64,000 bases of DNA from Thermodesulfobacteriota bacterium (GCA_965216785.1 OZ244197.1:2208001-2272000), one strand, 5' to 3'. Counted from the first letter of the stretch, positions 1-11,000 are shown. Program-made: numbers and translations. Notes: generated by a model from the letters alone, not told the origin.

Positions 1-512
1 AGGGTTTCAGTACCAAGGAGCTCTATTTTATTGCCCTTTTTCTTGTAGTCGATAAGAGGTCCGTCAATGTCGCATGTGTCGCGTAGGTAATTGGTTTTCC
101 CCGTGCTCATTGGCTGGGGGAGTATTACCTCGCCGTGTGGATTGTGCTGCCAGCCCATTTTACCGTCGAAAGCCTGTATAATGACCGCGTCTTTGACTTT
201 GTATTCAACCTTGCATTTGTTGGGATGCATGTATGTGGCCCTTATCGGTACCGACTGACCCATGGAGACCATAACACCGCCCATGCTCATTGTTTTTACT
301 TCTTTCCAATTCTCAAGACCGCCTATGGCTTTGTAATAGTTCTCAAGCACTTGATCGAGGCTGCGCTCCGGCGCGGCGCTCTTTTTGACCGGGGCGCTCT
401 TGATTTCCTGCTTCTTGGAATCACCCTCCTTCTCTGGGTTCTCTTGTGAGTGCGAGGGCGCGGCTACAGTAAGGATGAGAAGCGCTGTGATTATAAATAG
501 ATTACGGAACAT
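1..512 (-). CDS. Exported protein, probably LolA-like/outer-membrane lipoprotein-sorting family; truncated at window edge
   Basis: Not in the ORF track. Hand translation from ATG at 512 (RBS AAAGGAG): MFRNLFIITALLILTVAAPSHSQ...LDQVLENYYKAIGGLENWKEVKTMSMGG...QAFDGKMGWQHNP...DIDGPLIDYKKKGNKIELLGTET; open to position 1. Confidence 0.7.
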   Translation of the reverse strand, partial: MFRNLFIITALLILTVAAPSHSQENPEKEGDSKKQEIKSAPVKKSAAPERSLDQVLENYYKAIGGLENWKEVKTMSMGGVMVSMGQSVPIRATYMHPNKCKVEYKVKDAVIIQAFDGKMGWQHNPHGEVILPQPMSTGKTNYLRDTCDIDGPLIDYKKKGNKIELLGTET

Positions 513-586
513 TTCGGTTGTCTCCTTTGCTTATGTGTAAAGGGAATTAGGTTATAGGAGAAAGATGGCGATTTCAAAGGATTTTT

Positions 587-931
587 TCACTCCCCCAGGC
601 GACGCAGGTTCTCATAGGCGCGCTCAATATGTAGTTTCCAGGGAGTAAGCTCCGGGTGCGCGTTTACGAGACGCTCGAGCTCTTTGATTTTTTCTTCGTT
701 CCCCTGTTGGCTCCAGATTCTAGCTCCGAGCTCAATCGAGGGAATTGTATGTATATCGAATTCTCCATAGTTCTTTTTTGTTTCCTCAATGAGAAGCGGA
801 ACAAATGGGAGGCTCATATCGCAGTACTTGAGCACCATGTCGTCATATCTGTTGCGCACATTCTCTGTGATCATGTTCAGATAGTAGTAGTATTTGTCCA
901 GGTCCTGCGCGCTGTCTGTTTCCTTGGTCAT
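587..931 (-). CDS. Hypothetical protein
   Basis: 114-aa ORF with protein-like composition, co-oriented with neighbours. Confidence 0.6.
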   Translation of the reverse strand: MTKETDSAQDLDKYYYYLNMITENVRNRYDDMVLKYCDMSLPFVPLLIEETKKNYGEFDIHTIPSIELGARIWSQQGNEEKIKELERLVNAHPELTPWKLHIERAYENLRRLGE

Positions 932-995
932 GGGAGATATATAGTACCCAAATATTTTGGTAGGGGGGAATATATATAGGAGTTTGGAGCTGTAT

Positions 996-1610
996 TTATT
1001 TTATTCCGGCCTGCCCGCGGGTGAGGTTCATGATTTCGCTCTTGATAAGCTCTGCTATATCTTGCGGGACATCGGCCGTAACACTGACTTGCTCTGTATA
1101 CACCGGATCGTTAAACCCTATGCCGTGTTTTTCGAACAAGTGCCGCAGGGGGCTCTCAAATTGATAGGGAAACTCGATACTAACGCTCAGCATCGGGACG
1201 CGCTCTACGAGCCTCAGCTTGTCGAGCGCAAGCGTGAGGGTGGCTGAGTAGGCTCTGACAAGCCCTCCGGTGCCGAGCTTCGTGCCGCCGTAGTAGCGCG
1301 TGACGACAGCTGCTACGTCGCCGATGGCTTTGTGCTGAAGGATGCTGAGAATGGGTTTTCCGGCACAGCCGCTGACCTCTCCGTCGTCCGAGTAACCTGT
1401 TTCGGAAGAGCCCTCGGGGCTTCCGATAATGAACGCGTAAGTGTTGTGGTGAGCTCCGGGGTGTGAGTCCGATATTTTTTTAATGAAGCTCATGGCCTTG
1501 TCTTTACTCCCCGCGTGAGTCACCGCGGCGATGAAACGGCTCTTGCTGATGAGCTGTTCTGAGGAGGCTGTGCTTGAGGGAATTTGATATGAAGATTTTT
1601 TATCTGTCAA
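996..1610 (-). CDS. yigZ: YigZ/IMPACT family protein
   Basis: KSRFIA, HNTYAF, SDDGEVSGCAGKPIL and VVTRYYGGTKLGTGGLVRAY motifs. Confidence 0.93.
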   Translation of the reverse strand: MTDKKSSYQIPSSTASSEQLISKSRFIAAVTHAGSKDKAMSFIKKISDSHPGAHHNTYAFIIGSPEGSSETGYSDDGEVSGCAGKPILSILQHKAIGDVAAVVTRYYGGTKLGTGGLVRAYSATLTLALDKLRLVERVPMLSVSIEFPYQFESPLRHLFEKHGIGFNDPVYTEQVSVTADVPQDIAELIKSEIMNLTRGQAGIK

Positions 1611-1713
1611 AGTGAATCCCTGGTAACTTGTGTGATTGTTTAGAGAATATGTGATATATAATGTATGGTATTATCACTTTTTTGTAAAAGCTTGTAACGG
1701 AGGATAGCTAATT

Positions 1714-1959
1714 ATGATGAGAATATATAAGGTTCTGGGTATAGCGGCGTTTCTCCTCTCAATCGGATGCGCCGGGCAGCAGGCAGGGGACGACGGGTTT
1801 GACGCCAGTGTGTGCAACAACATTCCGGTGGGAGTTGAGGCGCTCGCCGCGGCTGACCCTGAAGATAAGGCGTTTAAGATAAGCTGCGCCGACTTGGCGA
1901 GGTGTACTGAGCTAAATGCCTGGGACGCGCCGCCGGACGTACCTTGCACAGGGCCGTAA
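1714..1959 (+). CDS. Small Cys-containing lipoprotein
   Basis: RBS GGAGG; signal peptide with lipobox LSIGC; four further Cys. Confidence 0.6.
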   Translation: MMRIYKVLGIAAFLLSIGCAGQQAGDDGFDASVCNNIPVGVEALAAADPEDKAFKISCADLARCTELNAWDAPPDVPCTGP

Positions 1960-2025
1960 CTCAAAGGCAATAACTTCAGCGTTAAGTATATTGCGACGTA
2001 TTCAGGATATGTGCTTCTTGGGATC

Positions 2026-3516
2026 CTAATCTGTCTTCTTAAATGTGCCGATGGACTCGGTGATGAATTCCGTCACTTTCCCCTCTGCGTTTATAACAAA
2101 AGTTGTGTCGTCCGGCAGGTTAATGAATATCGGCCATTTGAGATGGAAAGTGTCGTAATTCACGTGGGTGAGAGCGCCACTATACTGCGCAGGGCCCGCC
2201 AGGACGCTAAGGTTTCCTTCCTTGAGCACAACTGTAAACTTGCCGTATACATCGTTTTCGTATGTTCCGGTATAACCCCTTAGGTCCAGACTCGGGGGAT
2301 GGGGGCTTCTGACCTTAGGCTCCGGGTCGAAGCTGAGCATTTCGGCGATCTTTTTAGAGCGCTCTTTAATCTCCGCCTGGATGTCGTAGTCCGATTCGCC
2401 CAGATAGCGTTCGAGCACGTAAGCGCGAACAGCTTCGGGCAGGACTGTTAAGTTCATATTGGCGAGCACCGTAATGCCGAGCTTTAGCTCGGGCACGAGC
2501 ACCGTGACAGATCGCATACCGTCAAGAGCGCCGCCTTTTTCAAGAATCTTATGGTTATTCCAATGATAAATGCCCCAGGCGAGTCCGTAGTCAAAACCTG
2601 ACTCCGCGGATATCGGCGGGAGTTCGGCGAACCCGGGCGTGTCCGCTATGATGGGTGTGAATATCTGCTCTACTGTCTCGGGCAAGAGTATTTGCCTGCC
2701 GAGATACTTACCCTGATCAAGCAGCATGATCATATAGTTCGCCATATCGGAAGCAGTGGACGTCATGGCGCCCGCCGGGGCGAGCACGCCTTGCTTGTTG
2801 TAGGGTATGACGCGGGTCTGCCCCTCTATTATTCCGTGCGGGAACGCTGCGTTTGACTGTCTGTCTATAGTGTCTGTGAATCCGGAGCGGTTCATAGCGA
2901 GCGGGCTTAAAAGGCTCGTGCGCACCAGATTTTCCCATGTTGAGCCAGTTGAATTGGCGGCTGTCTCACCGGCGAGAAAGAACCCGAGGTTTGAGTAATT
3001 GGCCTCGTCCCTGAAACTGCACGCGGGCTCGATGAACCTTATCCTCTTAACTACTTCTTCGCGCGTGTAGCCCAGGTGGTCGAACAGGTCTCCTGTGAAT
3101 GCCGGAAGCCCCGTGCGGTGAGAAAGCAAGTCGCGGGCTGTCGTGTATCTTGTGGGATATGGGTCATGGAGAGCGAAATTCGGTACGATGTTTATAACCT
3201 GCTCTTCAAACTCCATGCTGCCTCTGTCTACCGCGACTCCGACGGAGGCCGCTGTGAATGTTTTCGTAACAGACGCCAGCTGGAATATTGTGTTTGCGTC
3301 AACTTTTTGGCTCGATCCGATCTTTCTTAATCCAAAGCCTTTTAGGTAGACGACGTCGTTGTCCTTTACCACGACGACGGAGGCTCCCGGAACGCCGTAT
3401 TCTTTCATCGCCTGCTCTATGAATGCGTCCAGACCTTTTAGCCTGTTGTCCTGGGAATAGGCGTTAAACGGTAGTGTTATGAATAGAGCACATAATATTA
3501 GTGCGGTTAATCTCAT
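2026..3516 (-). CDS. Serine hydrolase (beta-lactamase/AmpC-like) with C-terminal DUF3471-like domain
   Basis: SxxK (ASVTK), LLSHRTG, YSN; signal peptide from MRLTAL at 3516 with RBS AGGAG. Confidence 0.9.
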   Translation of the reverse strand: MRLTALILCALFITLPFNAYSQDNRLKGLDAFIEQAMKEYGVPGASVVVVKDNDVVYLKGFGLRKIGSSQKVDANTIFQLASVTKTFTAASVGVAVDRGSMEFEEQVINIVPNFALHDPYPTRYTTARDLLSHRTGLPAFTGDLFDHLGYTREEVVKRIRFIEPACSFRDEANYSNLGFFLAGETAANSTGSTWENLVRTSLLSPLAMNRSGFTDTIDRQSNAAFPHGIIEGQTRVIPYNKQGVLAPAGAMTSTASDMANYMIMLLDQGKYLGRQILLPETVEQIFTPIIADTPGFAELPPISAESGFDYGLAWGIYHWNNHKILEKGGALDGMRSVTVLVPELKLGITVLANMNLTVLPEAVRAYVLERYLGESDYDIQAEIKERSKKIAEMLSFDPEPKVRSPHPPSLDLRGYTGTYENDVYGKFTVVLKEGNLSVLAGPAQYSGALTHVNYDTFHLKWPIFINLPDDTTFVINAEGKVTEFITESIGTFKKTD

Positions 3517-3726
3517 ATTTTCTCTCCTGCCAAGTTTTATATGTAAAGTATATATCTTACAACGATTGGGTGGGCAATTAAATGCGAGCACCGGATCATC
3601 CATATTTAGGGGGGGGATTGCCGTACTCACTTCTTTCTCAAGCAATCAAACAGGGACGAATTTGTGTTAATTTCCACCGGGGTTTGATATAATTGGGGAG
3701 ATACACGAAAACTTGGAGGTTTTGAT

Positions 3727-4167
3727 ATGAAATTCAGGATAATGCTAACGGTGCTGGCGGGCGTATTTACATTTATGGCGGGCTATGCGGTCTGTGGATT
3801 TTCTTACGCGCAAGAGATGAGCTGCTCTGAGATTCTCGCGAATAAGCAGGACTTGAGAGAGCAATATAAGACTGAGAAACACAACGAACGAAAAGCTTTT
3901 AATAACTGGGACAAGTACTATAAAGAGCTGCACTCGATCGAGTACGGCGGCACCGAAAGACCGCTTGCCGACACGGCAAAAGCATGCCGGGAAGGGAACG
4001 GTCCTAACGAGCACTTTTGTAAAGACGCTTTAAAAAGGTACGACGAGCTTGCGGGGAAAGAGGCTGAGGCCAAAAAAGAGCTGGACGCGACAAAGGAAAA
4101 CGCAGAGCAGCTTGGTGATAATATGAGAGCCTTCAGTCAAAAGGCTAAAGAGAAAGGGTGTGAATAG
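3727..4167 (+). CDS. Exported coiled-coil hypothetical protein
   Basis: RBS GGAGGT, signal peptide, K/E-rich helices. Confidence 0.7.
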   Translation: MKFRIMLTVLAGVFTFMAGYAVCGFSYAQEMSCSEILANKQDLREQYKTEKHNERKAFNNWDKYYKELHSIEYGGTERPLADTAKACREGNGPNEHFCKDALKRYDELAGKEAEAKKELDATKENAEQLGDNMRAFSQKAKEKGCE

Positions 4168-4399
4168 CTCTGCCTAAAGTAGGGGCGGCGGTGTGGATTG
4201 CCGCGCTCACCGCGCTTCCTGGGGTGACAAGCTCCGAGCATTTTTAGGAATGCGCGCTTTGTGTTCCGGAGTTTTCTTAAACGCATTAGAAAATGACAGA
4301 ATTAAAGTCTAAGGTACTATTACCATACATTTTCTATTGTCGGAATTATTTTCATCGGATCGGATTGTGGTAAATCCCGAACATACAACGAGATAAACT

Positions 4400-6631
4400 G
4401 TGTCTAGTGTGAAAAGTGACGGTCAGAGGTACTTAGGTCTTTTCGGAGCTATAGGGGTAGGAGTGGGGGCGATAGTCGGGGGAGGAATATTGGCCCTTAC
4501 GGGAGCGGCGTTTGCGGCTACAGGGCCGAGCGCCGTGGTAGCGTTCGCGCTTAATGGGGTGATTGCGTTTCTAACCGTGCTGAGCTTTTCCGAAATGTCC
4601 GCCGCTTTCCCGGAGTCCGGCGGCACTTATGTGTTCTCAAAAAAAGTTCTGTCTATAAAAGCGGCCTTTGGAGTAGGCTGGGTAATCTGGTTCGCCTCTA
4701 TCGTGGCGGCTGTGCTGTATGCTCTGGGCGCGGGGTTCTTCATCGCAAAAGCCGTCAAAAATATCTGGTTCCTGCTCAGCGGGGCCGATGTGCTTTGGAT
4801 TACGAGCGGTTTTGTCGTTACGGTTATCGCGCTGGCGGCGACCTTGATATACACGGTGAGCTTGGTGTTCAAGCAATCGAGCGGCGGGGCATGGGTGAAT
4901 ATCGGTAAGGTGGCCGTATTCGCAATTCTTTTAATAGGCGGTGTGTGGTATCTGTCCAAGCAGCCGGTTGAGGAATTTGAAACTACGTTTACGCCTTTTT
5001 TCGCTTACGGTGGACTCGGGCTTCTTTCGGCGATGGGCTATTCGTTTATCGCCCTTCAGGGGTTTGATCTGATCTCAGCGGTCGCGGGAGAGATAAAAGA
5101 GCCCGCTAAGGTGGTGCCCAGGGCGATGATGATATCGCTCATGATCGCGCTTGCGATATACCTGCCGTTCCTGATTATTATTGCCGTTACCGGATCGATT
5201 GAGGGCGAGTCCATAGCCGAAGCGAGCGCCCGGCTGCCAGAGGCGATAGTGATTTTCGCTGCAGAGAACTATCTTGGCCGCTTCGGGTTTTGGCTCGTTA
5301 TAGCGGCGGGTGTGCTCTCTATGCTGTCCGCCTTATATGTGAACCTGCTTGCCGCCTCGCGCATCGCTCACAGCATGGCGAGGGACAGGACGCTACCGCA
5401 CAGGCTCGGTGAGCTTAATGAAGAGAGGGGCACCCCGGTAAACGCGGTTATAGTCACGGCGATCATCGTGGTGGTGCTGGTGATCGTGATCCCGGACGTT
5501 TCGGCGGCGGGAGCGGCTGCGAGTCTGATCTTCCTTGTTTCTTTCGCGCTCGCGCATTTAATAAGCATATTGCTGCGAAAAAGGAGCGTGAAGAAGCTTC
5601 CTTTTAAGTCTCCGTTGTTTCCTCTGGTGCCTATTGTGGGGATCGTTACTTGCGTCGGTCTTGCGGTGTTTCAGGGCGTAGTGGTGCCGATTGCGGGTGT
5701 GATAGCGCTGCTATGGCTCATTGGGGGCGGTGTGCTTTACTTTATATTGTTCTCTACCAGAGCGCAGGTGGTGGACGCGTCCGCCGAGGGGTACGACCCG
5801 GACCTGGTGAGACTGAGGGGCAGAAGCCCTCTGGTGCTTGTCCCGATCGCAAACCCTTCGAACGCTCGCGCTATGGTGGCGGTCGCAAGCGCCCTTGCCC
5901 CGCCGTTCACGGGACGGGTGCTGCTGCTTTCTGTCGTTAAGTCTCCCGGGGAAACGTCTGAAGGGGTTGATAGATCTGAAATTATAAACGCCGAAAGCGT
6001 GCTTAATGAGGCGCTCGCAGCCTCGTTTGAGATAGATCTGGTACCCGAAGCCCTGACCACCATAGGTAAAGACCCGTGGTCTGAGATCGTGAGGGTATCC
6101 GCGACGCACGGATGCGAGAGCTTACTCCTAGGTCTTACGGATCTTGAGCAAGACGCGGGAGGGGAGCATATCGAGTATGTCATGAACAGGGTCGACTGCG
6201 ACGTGGTCGTGCAGAACACGCCAACAGGGTGGACGATGCAGGAGGCTAAGCGCGTGCTCGTGCCCGTGGGCGGGCGCGGGGGGCAAGGGGAGCTGCTGGC
6301 GCGTCTCTTGGGTAGTATCTGCCGTACCGGAAACCCCGAGATAACATTTTTAAGAATAGTGCCTGAGGCTACCGGGAGTTATGAACTGGAAAGGGTGAGG
6401 GCGTCGCTGAAGCTGTTCGCTGGCGACCAGCTCCCGTACGGGCGGTATAATCTCAAGCTCGAGAAGAGTGATGATGTGGCGGAGGTTATTAAAGAGCACG
6501 CGTTAGAGAGCGATCTGGTAATTCTCGGGCTCAGGAGGCTCGGAAAGCGTAGAAAATCAATCGGCGATCTCGCGCTTCGGTTAGCGCGCGAGCTGGATTG
6601 CCCCCTCTTGATGATAAGCAGGAAGGGGTGA
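4400..6631 (+). CDS. APC-family amino acid permease fused to C-terminal universal stress protein domains
   Basis: GAIVGGGI, FSEMSAAFPESGGTY, about 12 TM segments, then VLVPIANP and VLVPVGG USP-type domains. Confidence 0.9.
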   Translation: MSSVKSDGQRYLGLFGAIGVGVGAIVGGGILALTGAAFAATGPSAVVAFALNGVIAFLTVLSFSEMSAAFPESGGTYVFSKKVLSIKAAFGVGWVIWFASIVAAVLYALGAGFFIAKAVKNIWFLLSGADVLWITSGFVVTVIALAATLIYTVSLVFKQSSGGAWVNIGKVAVFAILLIGGVWYLSKQPVEEFETTFTPFFAYGGLGLLSAMGYSFIALQGFDLISAVAGEIKEPAKVVPRAMMISLMIALAIYLPFLIIIAVTGSIEGESIAEASARLPEAIVIFAAENYLGRFGFWLVIAAGVLSMLSALYVNLLAASRIAHSMARDRTLPHRLGELNEERGTPVNAVIVTAIIVVVLVIVIPDVSAAGAAASLIFLVSFALAHLISILLRKRSVKKLPFKSPLFPLVPIVGIVTCVGLAVFQGVVVPIAGVIALLWLIGGGVLYFILFSTRAQVVDASAEGYDPDLVRLRGRSPLVLVPIANPSNARAMVAVASALAPPFTGRVLLLSVVKSPGETSEGVDRSEIINAESVLNEALAASFEIDLVPEALTTIGKDPWSEIVRVSATHGCESLLLGLTDLEQDAGGEHIEYVMNRVDCDVVVQNTPTGWTMQEAKRVLVPVGGRGGQGELLARLLGSICRTGNPEITFLRIVPEATGSYELERVRASLKLFAGDQLPYGRYNLKLEKSDDVAEVIKEHALESDLVILGLRRLGKRRKSIGDLALRLARELDCPLLMISRKG

Positions 6632-6743
6632 GTAGTGTAAGAACGGGATTAAACCCCCGGCACTCCAAGCTAATTAGGATAAATATAGTGTTATAATTAT
6701 TTATATCTGATAGCAAAAACGCATATTTATGGGAGGATAGAAG

Positions 6744-7013
6744 ATGTCAATGCCCGCGGATAACCAGCAAAATAACTTTCTTCAAAAGCCGCTTACGATA
6801 GGCGATTGGATATTGACGCTAATAGTGTTGTCAATACCGCTAGTCGGCTTCATTTTTCTTCTTTACTGGGCGCTTAGCAGCACGTCGAACGTTAATAGAA
6901 AGAACTATTGTATCGCGGTGCTCATAATAGGATTAATAATTGCAGCTCTTTTTATAGCGCTTATGTTTTTGGGTGTGTTTGCAAGCTTTATGGGCGAATA
7001 TATGCAGGCGTAA
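6744..7013 (+). CDS. Small two-TM membrane protein
   Basis: RBS GGAGG; GDWILTLIVLSIPLVGFIFLLYWA..NVNRKNYC pattern. Confidence 0.75.
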   Translation: MSMPADNQQNNFLQKPLTIGDWILTLIVLSIPLVGFIFLLYWALSSTSNVNRKNYCIAVLIIGLIIAALFIALMFLGVFASFMGEYMQA

Positions 7014-7173
7014 GTATGGGTTACAATATATTCTTAAAGTAATTTATAGGAATGCGGGGTTTCGCCTTTTACTGTATTTCCTGATACTTCCTGGAAAAGA
7101 AACGTAAGTTTCACAATAATCGACTATTTTAAGTTGCCGAATTTCATCCATATGTTAGCCTGAGTGATCTGTT

Positions 7174-8406
7174 ATGGAGGATCCGAAGAGCATAGGCTTT
7201 CTGAGAACCGTCCCCTTATATATAGTAATATTCATAGGGTTTCTCGGCTACAGCCTTACCATAACCATTCTTACCCCCTTGATACTAAACGACAGCGGAG
7301 GAGTGCTGGCTTCACTGCCGATTGACGCGGACCGCTTGATAGTGCTCGGGATTGTGCTGGCGCTGTATCCCCTGGGGCAGTTCTTCGGCTCGCCCGTGCT
7401 GGGCTCGCTTTCCGATAGGTTCGGCAGAAAACCCGTGCTGCTGGTCTCGCTTACGATTTCCACAATCGGCTATGCCGGGTTTGCTTACGCTCTGTATACA
7501 AAGAACCTTCCGTTATTTATGCTGGTCTCGCTTATAATCGGGCTGTCCGAGGCGAATATCGTAATTGCCCAGAGCGCTATTGCCGACATCAGCACGACCA
7601 AAAACAGAACCCGGATGTTCGCGTATATTAACCTCAGCGCGAGCGGAGCTTTCGTTATCGGCCCTCTGGCGGGCGGGATGCTCGCAGACCCGGGTATCAT
7701 TTCCTGGTTCAGCTATGATACGCCGTACTGGGCAGTGTTCTTTCTCCTCTTCTGCACCACCATTCTTACCTACTCGAGCTTTAAAGAAACAAGGCCCGAG
7801 GGGCACAGAAGAGAGGTCGGATATCTCGAAGCGTTTACGAACCTCGCTAGCGTGTTTGCCTCCGGAAGGTTGAGGGTCATATACTTTATTAACTTCCTGA
7901 TATACTTTGCGATTTTCGGCTTCTTCAGGTCTTTCCCCATGTATCTGGTGGAAGAGTACGGTATGGGGGTTTCGAAGGTCGCCCTTTATATAGCCTGGAA
8001 CGCCGTGCCTGTGGTAATTTCGAGCCTATGGATAATAGGGTATCTGGCCAAGTATTATTCATCGAGGGTAATAACGATTTATTCTTCGATACTTTTCGGA
8101 GTGTCCGCGCTTGTCGTGATTATCCCCGAGCCCGAGTGGGCGCTTTGGGTGACGCTCTTTTTCCCGGGCCTGATGCTTGCCGTGGCTCTGCCGGCGTGCA
8201 CATCGATGCTGTCTTTTATGGTGGTGGGTGAGCAGCAGGGGAGCGTGCTTGGAAACAACCTGTCATTAGAGGTGGGAGCTGAGGTGCTGTCGGGGCTCGC
8301 GGCGGGATTCCTGGCGGCTTATCTGATTGAATTGCCAATGTTCGTGGTTGCGGCAATTGCGATCGGTGCGGGGCTGATGCTCGCTACTATTGTAAAAAGG
8401 GCATAA
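7174..8406 (+). CDS. MFS transporter (TetA/DHA1-like)
   Basis: Motif A GSLSDRFGRKPVL; 12 TM segments. Confidence 0.9.
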   Translation: MEDPKSIGFLRTVPLYIVIFIGFLGYSLTITILTPLILNDSGGVLASLPIDADRLIVLGIVLALYPLGQFFGSPVLGSLSDRFGRKPVLLVSLTISTIGYAGFAYALYTKNLPLFMLVSLIIGLSEANIVIAQSAIADISTTKNRTRMFAYINLSASGAFVIGPLAGGMLADPGIISWFSYDTPYWAVFFLLFCTTILTYSSFKETRPEGHRREVGYLEAFTNLASVFASGRLRVIYFINFLIYFAIFGFFRSFPMYLVEEYGMGVSKVALYIAWNAVPVVISSLWIIGYLAKYYSSRVITIYSSILFGVSALVVIIPEPEWALWVTLFFPGLMLAVALPACTSMLSFMVVGEQQGSVLGNNLSLEVGAEVLSGLAAGFLAAYLIELPMFVVAAIAIGAGLMLATIVKRA

Positions 8407-8523
8407 AGCACTATTGCTGCTATTGCATTTTATTTTTTATCTGATAAGTAGTATTAATTTATAGGTGATAGATAATAAATATGATATAATCAGTGCTAAT
8501 TTAGAATAAGGGAGGATAAAGGT

Positions 8524-9453
8524 ATGAAACTATTTCAAACACTTTGCATAACAGCTTTAATTCTTGTTTTCTCTTCTGGGCTCGCAAGCGCGCAGACTTT
8601 ATTGATTGCTGTGAGGGACTCATGTGATTCCGGAAGCGGGGCGGGAAACGCAACACTTCATAGAGTCGATCCAAATACAGCTATATCGGTACCGATAGGT
8701 GCGATAGATTTTCCTGGTGTGTCGGCAATGGCGCAGCTACCTGACGGGCGTTTAGTAGCGAGCGCTAGAGCGGATGATAACGGGAACAAAATATCTATAC
8801 TAATTGAGGTCAATCCGGCTAACGGAAATTCAAGATTAATAGGTACCATAGGAAATCAGGCGGGGGGAGGCTGCGGCAGGGTGCCGGGTATGACCTACGA
8901 CCCCGTTACAGGCACATTGTTCGGTTTGGGGATTCATTGCGCAAGCCAACCCAGTAATTTTGTACCCCTTCTCCTTAGCATAGATCCTGACACGGGTGCG
9001 GCTACATCAATAGGATCGCTTGACATAGAGAATGCGGGGCTCCCACTTGCGGCTGACAGTAATGGAAACTTGTTTTCAGCCGGGTGTTGCGGACCTGGTA
9101 ATGAATCTTACTCCGTTAATCCACAAACCGGTCTAGCTACTATATTAGCGGACTTAGGTCCGAATGATCCACCGCTCTTTAATTCATATGATTTTCAGCC
9201 CGATACTGGGGTATTGTTCGGGACGCTTAATGACTTTCCGGACGCAGAACTTGCCACGGTAAATCCTTTTTCCGGAGATGTTAATATTATCGGCGATCTG
9301 CCCGATTGCACAGACGGAATAGTATTTTTCCGGAATTTTACAAGACCTATACCTACGCTTTCCGAGTGGGGATTTATAGTTATGGCGGGTCTTTTAGGTA
9401 TAGCTGGAGCAGCTTTCTTCGCTTACAGGAAGAAGCAAGCGCTACAGGGTTAA
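8524..9453 (+). CDS. Secreted beta-propeller-like protein with IPTL-CTERM sorting signal
   Basis: Signal peptide; repeated vdp.TG motifs; C-terminal IPTLSEWG + TM + basic tail. Confidence 0.85.
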   Translation: MKLFQTLCITALILVFSSGLASAQTLLIAVRDSCDSGSGAGNATLHRVDPNTAISVPIGAIDFPGVSAMAQLPDGRLVASARADDNGNKISILIEVNPANGNSRLIGTIGNQAGGGCGRVPGMTYDPVTGTLFGLGIHCASQPSNFVPLLLSIDPDTGAATSIGSLDIENAGLPLAADSNGNLFSAGCCGPGNESYSVNPQTGLATILADLGPNDPPLFNSYDFQPDTGVLFGTLNDFPDAELATVNPFSGDVNIIGDLPDCTDGIVFFRNFTRPIPTLSEWGFIVMAGLLGIAGAAFFAYRKKQALQG

Positions 9454-9483
9454 ATACAACGGTTACAAATTAAAACTTATAAC

Positions 9484-9522
9484 ACGGGCGGGATTGCGTG
9501 ATGCGGTTCCGCCCGTTTTTTT
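9484..9522 (+). terminator. Rho-independent terminator
   Basis: ACGGGCGG...CCGCCCGT stem followed by a T run. Confidence 0.8.
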
Positions 9523-9681
9523 ATATAATCGCTAATATTAATTTATTGTTAAGAAAGTTTGATGATGGGAATAATTATGTAGTATAATCCGGCGTAACCT
9601 GATAATATGAGATGCTGGGGAGCGGGATTTACGCGGGGTTAGATTTTCCGGGATAACAAAATATAATTGAGAAGGTGCGGA

Positions 9682-10341
9682 TTGCTAAACGACAGCTTGA
9701 GGCTTTACCTTGCGGAATTCATAGGGACGTTCATTTTGGTTTTTGTCGCCACGGGAGTGGTGATTGTAAACGACGCCTCGGGCGGGGTGATTACGCACGT
9801 GGGCATTGCGATTGCTACCGGGCTTGTCGTGATGGTCGTGGTGTATTCGATTGGCGACGTATCCGGCGCTCACATTAATCCCGCTGTGACGCTCGGGTTT
9901 ATGCTCGCGAGCCGTTTTCCTATGAGCAGATTCTTTCAGTACCTTTTCGCTCAGTGTCTGGGGGCTGTGCTTGCGAGCCTTGTTTTGAGCTATTTGTTTG
10001 CGGAGCATACGAACCTGGCGACGACCGTACCAAGCGGGCCAGTGCTTCAGTCGTTCTTGATGGAAGTAGTCATTACATTTATGTTGATGTTCGTCATACT
10101 CAGCGTTTCTACCGGGAGTATGGAAAAGGGGATTATGGCGGGTTCTGCTATCGGAGCGTTTATAGGGCTTGCGGTGTTGTTTGCGGGACCTGTTTCAGGA
10201 GCTTCGATGAACCCGGCGCGCTCGCTCGCGCCCGCGATTGTGAGCCTGGACTTCGGTTCCCTGTGGATATATCTGACTGCGCCTTTCGTCGGTTCTGCAA
10301 TTGCCGTAGTTGCCTTCCGGCTTGTGCATAAGCCATATTGA
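9682..10341 (+). CDS. MIP family channel (aquaporin/NIP-like)
   Basis: AEFIGTF, SGAHINPAVT, SGASMNPARS; exact start uncertain (9667 or 9682). Confidence 0.92.
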   Translation: MLNDSLRLYLAEFIGTFILVFVATGVVIVNDASGGVITHVGIAIATGLVVMVVVYSIGDVSGAHINPAVTLGFMLASRFPMSRFFQYLFAQCLGAVLASLVLSYLFAEHTNLATTVPSGPVLQSFLMEVVITFMLMFVILSVSTGSMEKGIMAGSAIGAFIGLAVLFAGPVSGASMNPARSLAPAIVSLDFGSLWIYLTAPFVGSAIAVVAFRLVHKPY

Positions 10342-10457
10342 ACAAACCTCTATTGCCGCTATTGCCTTATCTGGTGAGTAAATTGGCAATAAAAAAACCG
10401 GTTTTTTCGTGACAGTTGTACGTTATATTTAGGTAAAACTGTTAAACGGAGGGAATT

Positions 10458-11000
10458 ATGTATAGATTGAGAAGCCTGTTCGCAGCATTGATATTACTTA
10501 CAGTATTCACCGTGTACTCAGGTGCTGAGGTTTCAGAGGACGCGACGAGCTTTATGTTCGTGCAGACCGCAAAGGGGGTTAAATTTGGCGAGGGTACGAT
10601 GACTCTTAGAGGAGTGGCGCCGTCTATGGTTTTCTTTGCCGACAGACCACAAAGGGCAGCCGGGCACGTGCCGACAAGCCATTTTGTAAATATGTGGAGT
10701 GAGGGTCAGGACAGCTTTAAGGCCGACCCGCCAAACGCCAACCTGTCTATATTGGGTGATAAAGAAGGGGCTACTAATATTGTGGTTGAGCTCATGAACC
10801 CAAGGATAGATGGGGAGGACATTACGTATGATATTAAAGTGCTCGATGGGACACCTCCAAAAGAGGGGGGACTTTCTTCGCTGTTTATTGACTGGTGGGT
10901 AGGGCCGCGCGGCGCAGTATGCCACAGGAATTGGTATACCGGCGGCGCCTGGTGTCATTTCCCCGGGCCGTATTATAGGCCGTATGTGCGTCCTTATTAA
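10458..11000 (+). CDS. Exported conserved hypothetical protein
   Basis: Signal peptide; FFADRP.R.AGH and DSFKADPPNA motifs; aromatic/Cys-rich tail. Confidence 0.75.
   Translation: MYRLRSLFAALILLTVFTVYSGAEVSEDATSFMFVQTAKGVKFGEGTMTLRGVAPSMVFFADRPQRAAGHVPTSHFVNMWSEGQDSFKADPPNANLSILGDKEGATNIVVELMNPRIDGEDITYDIKVLDGTPPKEGGLSSLFIDWWVGPRGAVCHRNWYTGGAWCHFPGPYYRPYVRPY

Noticed and set aside
135-449. Plus-strand 104-aa ORF and similar antisense ORFs across the window
   Set aside because: Shadow ORFs opposite well-supported genes
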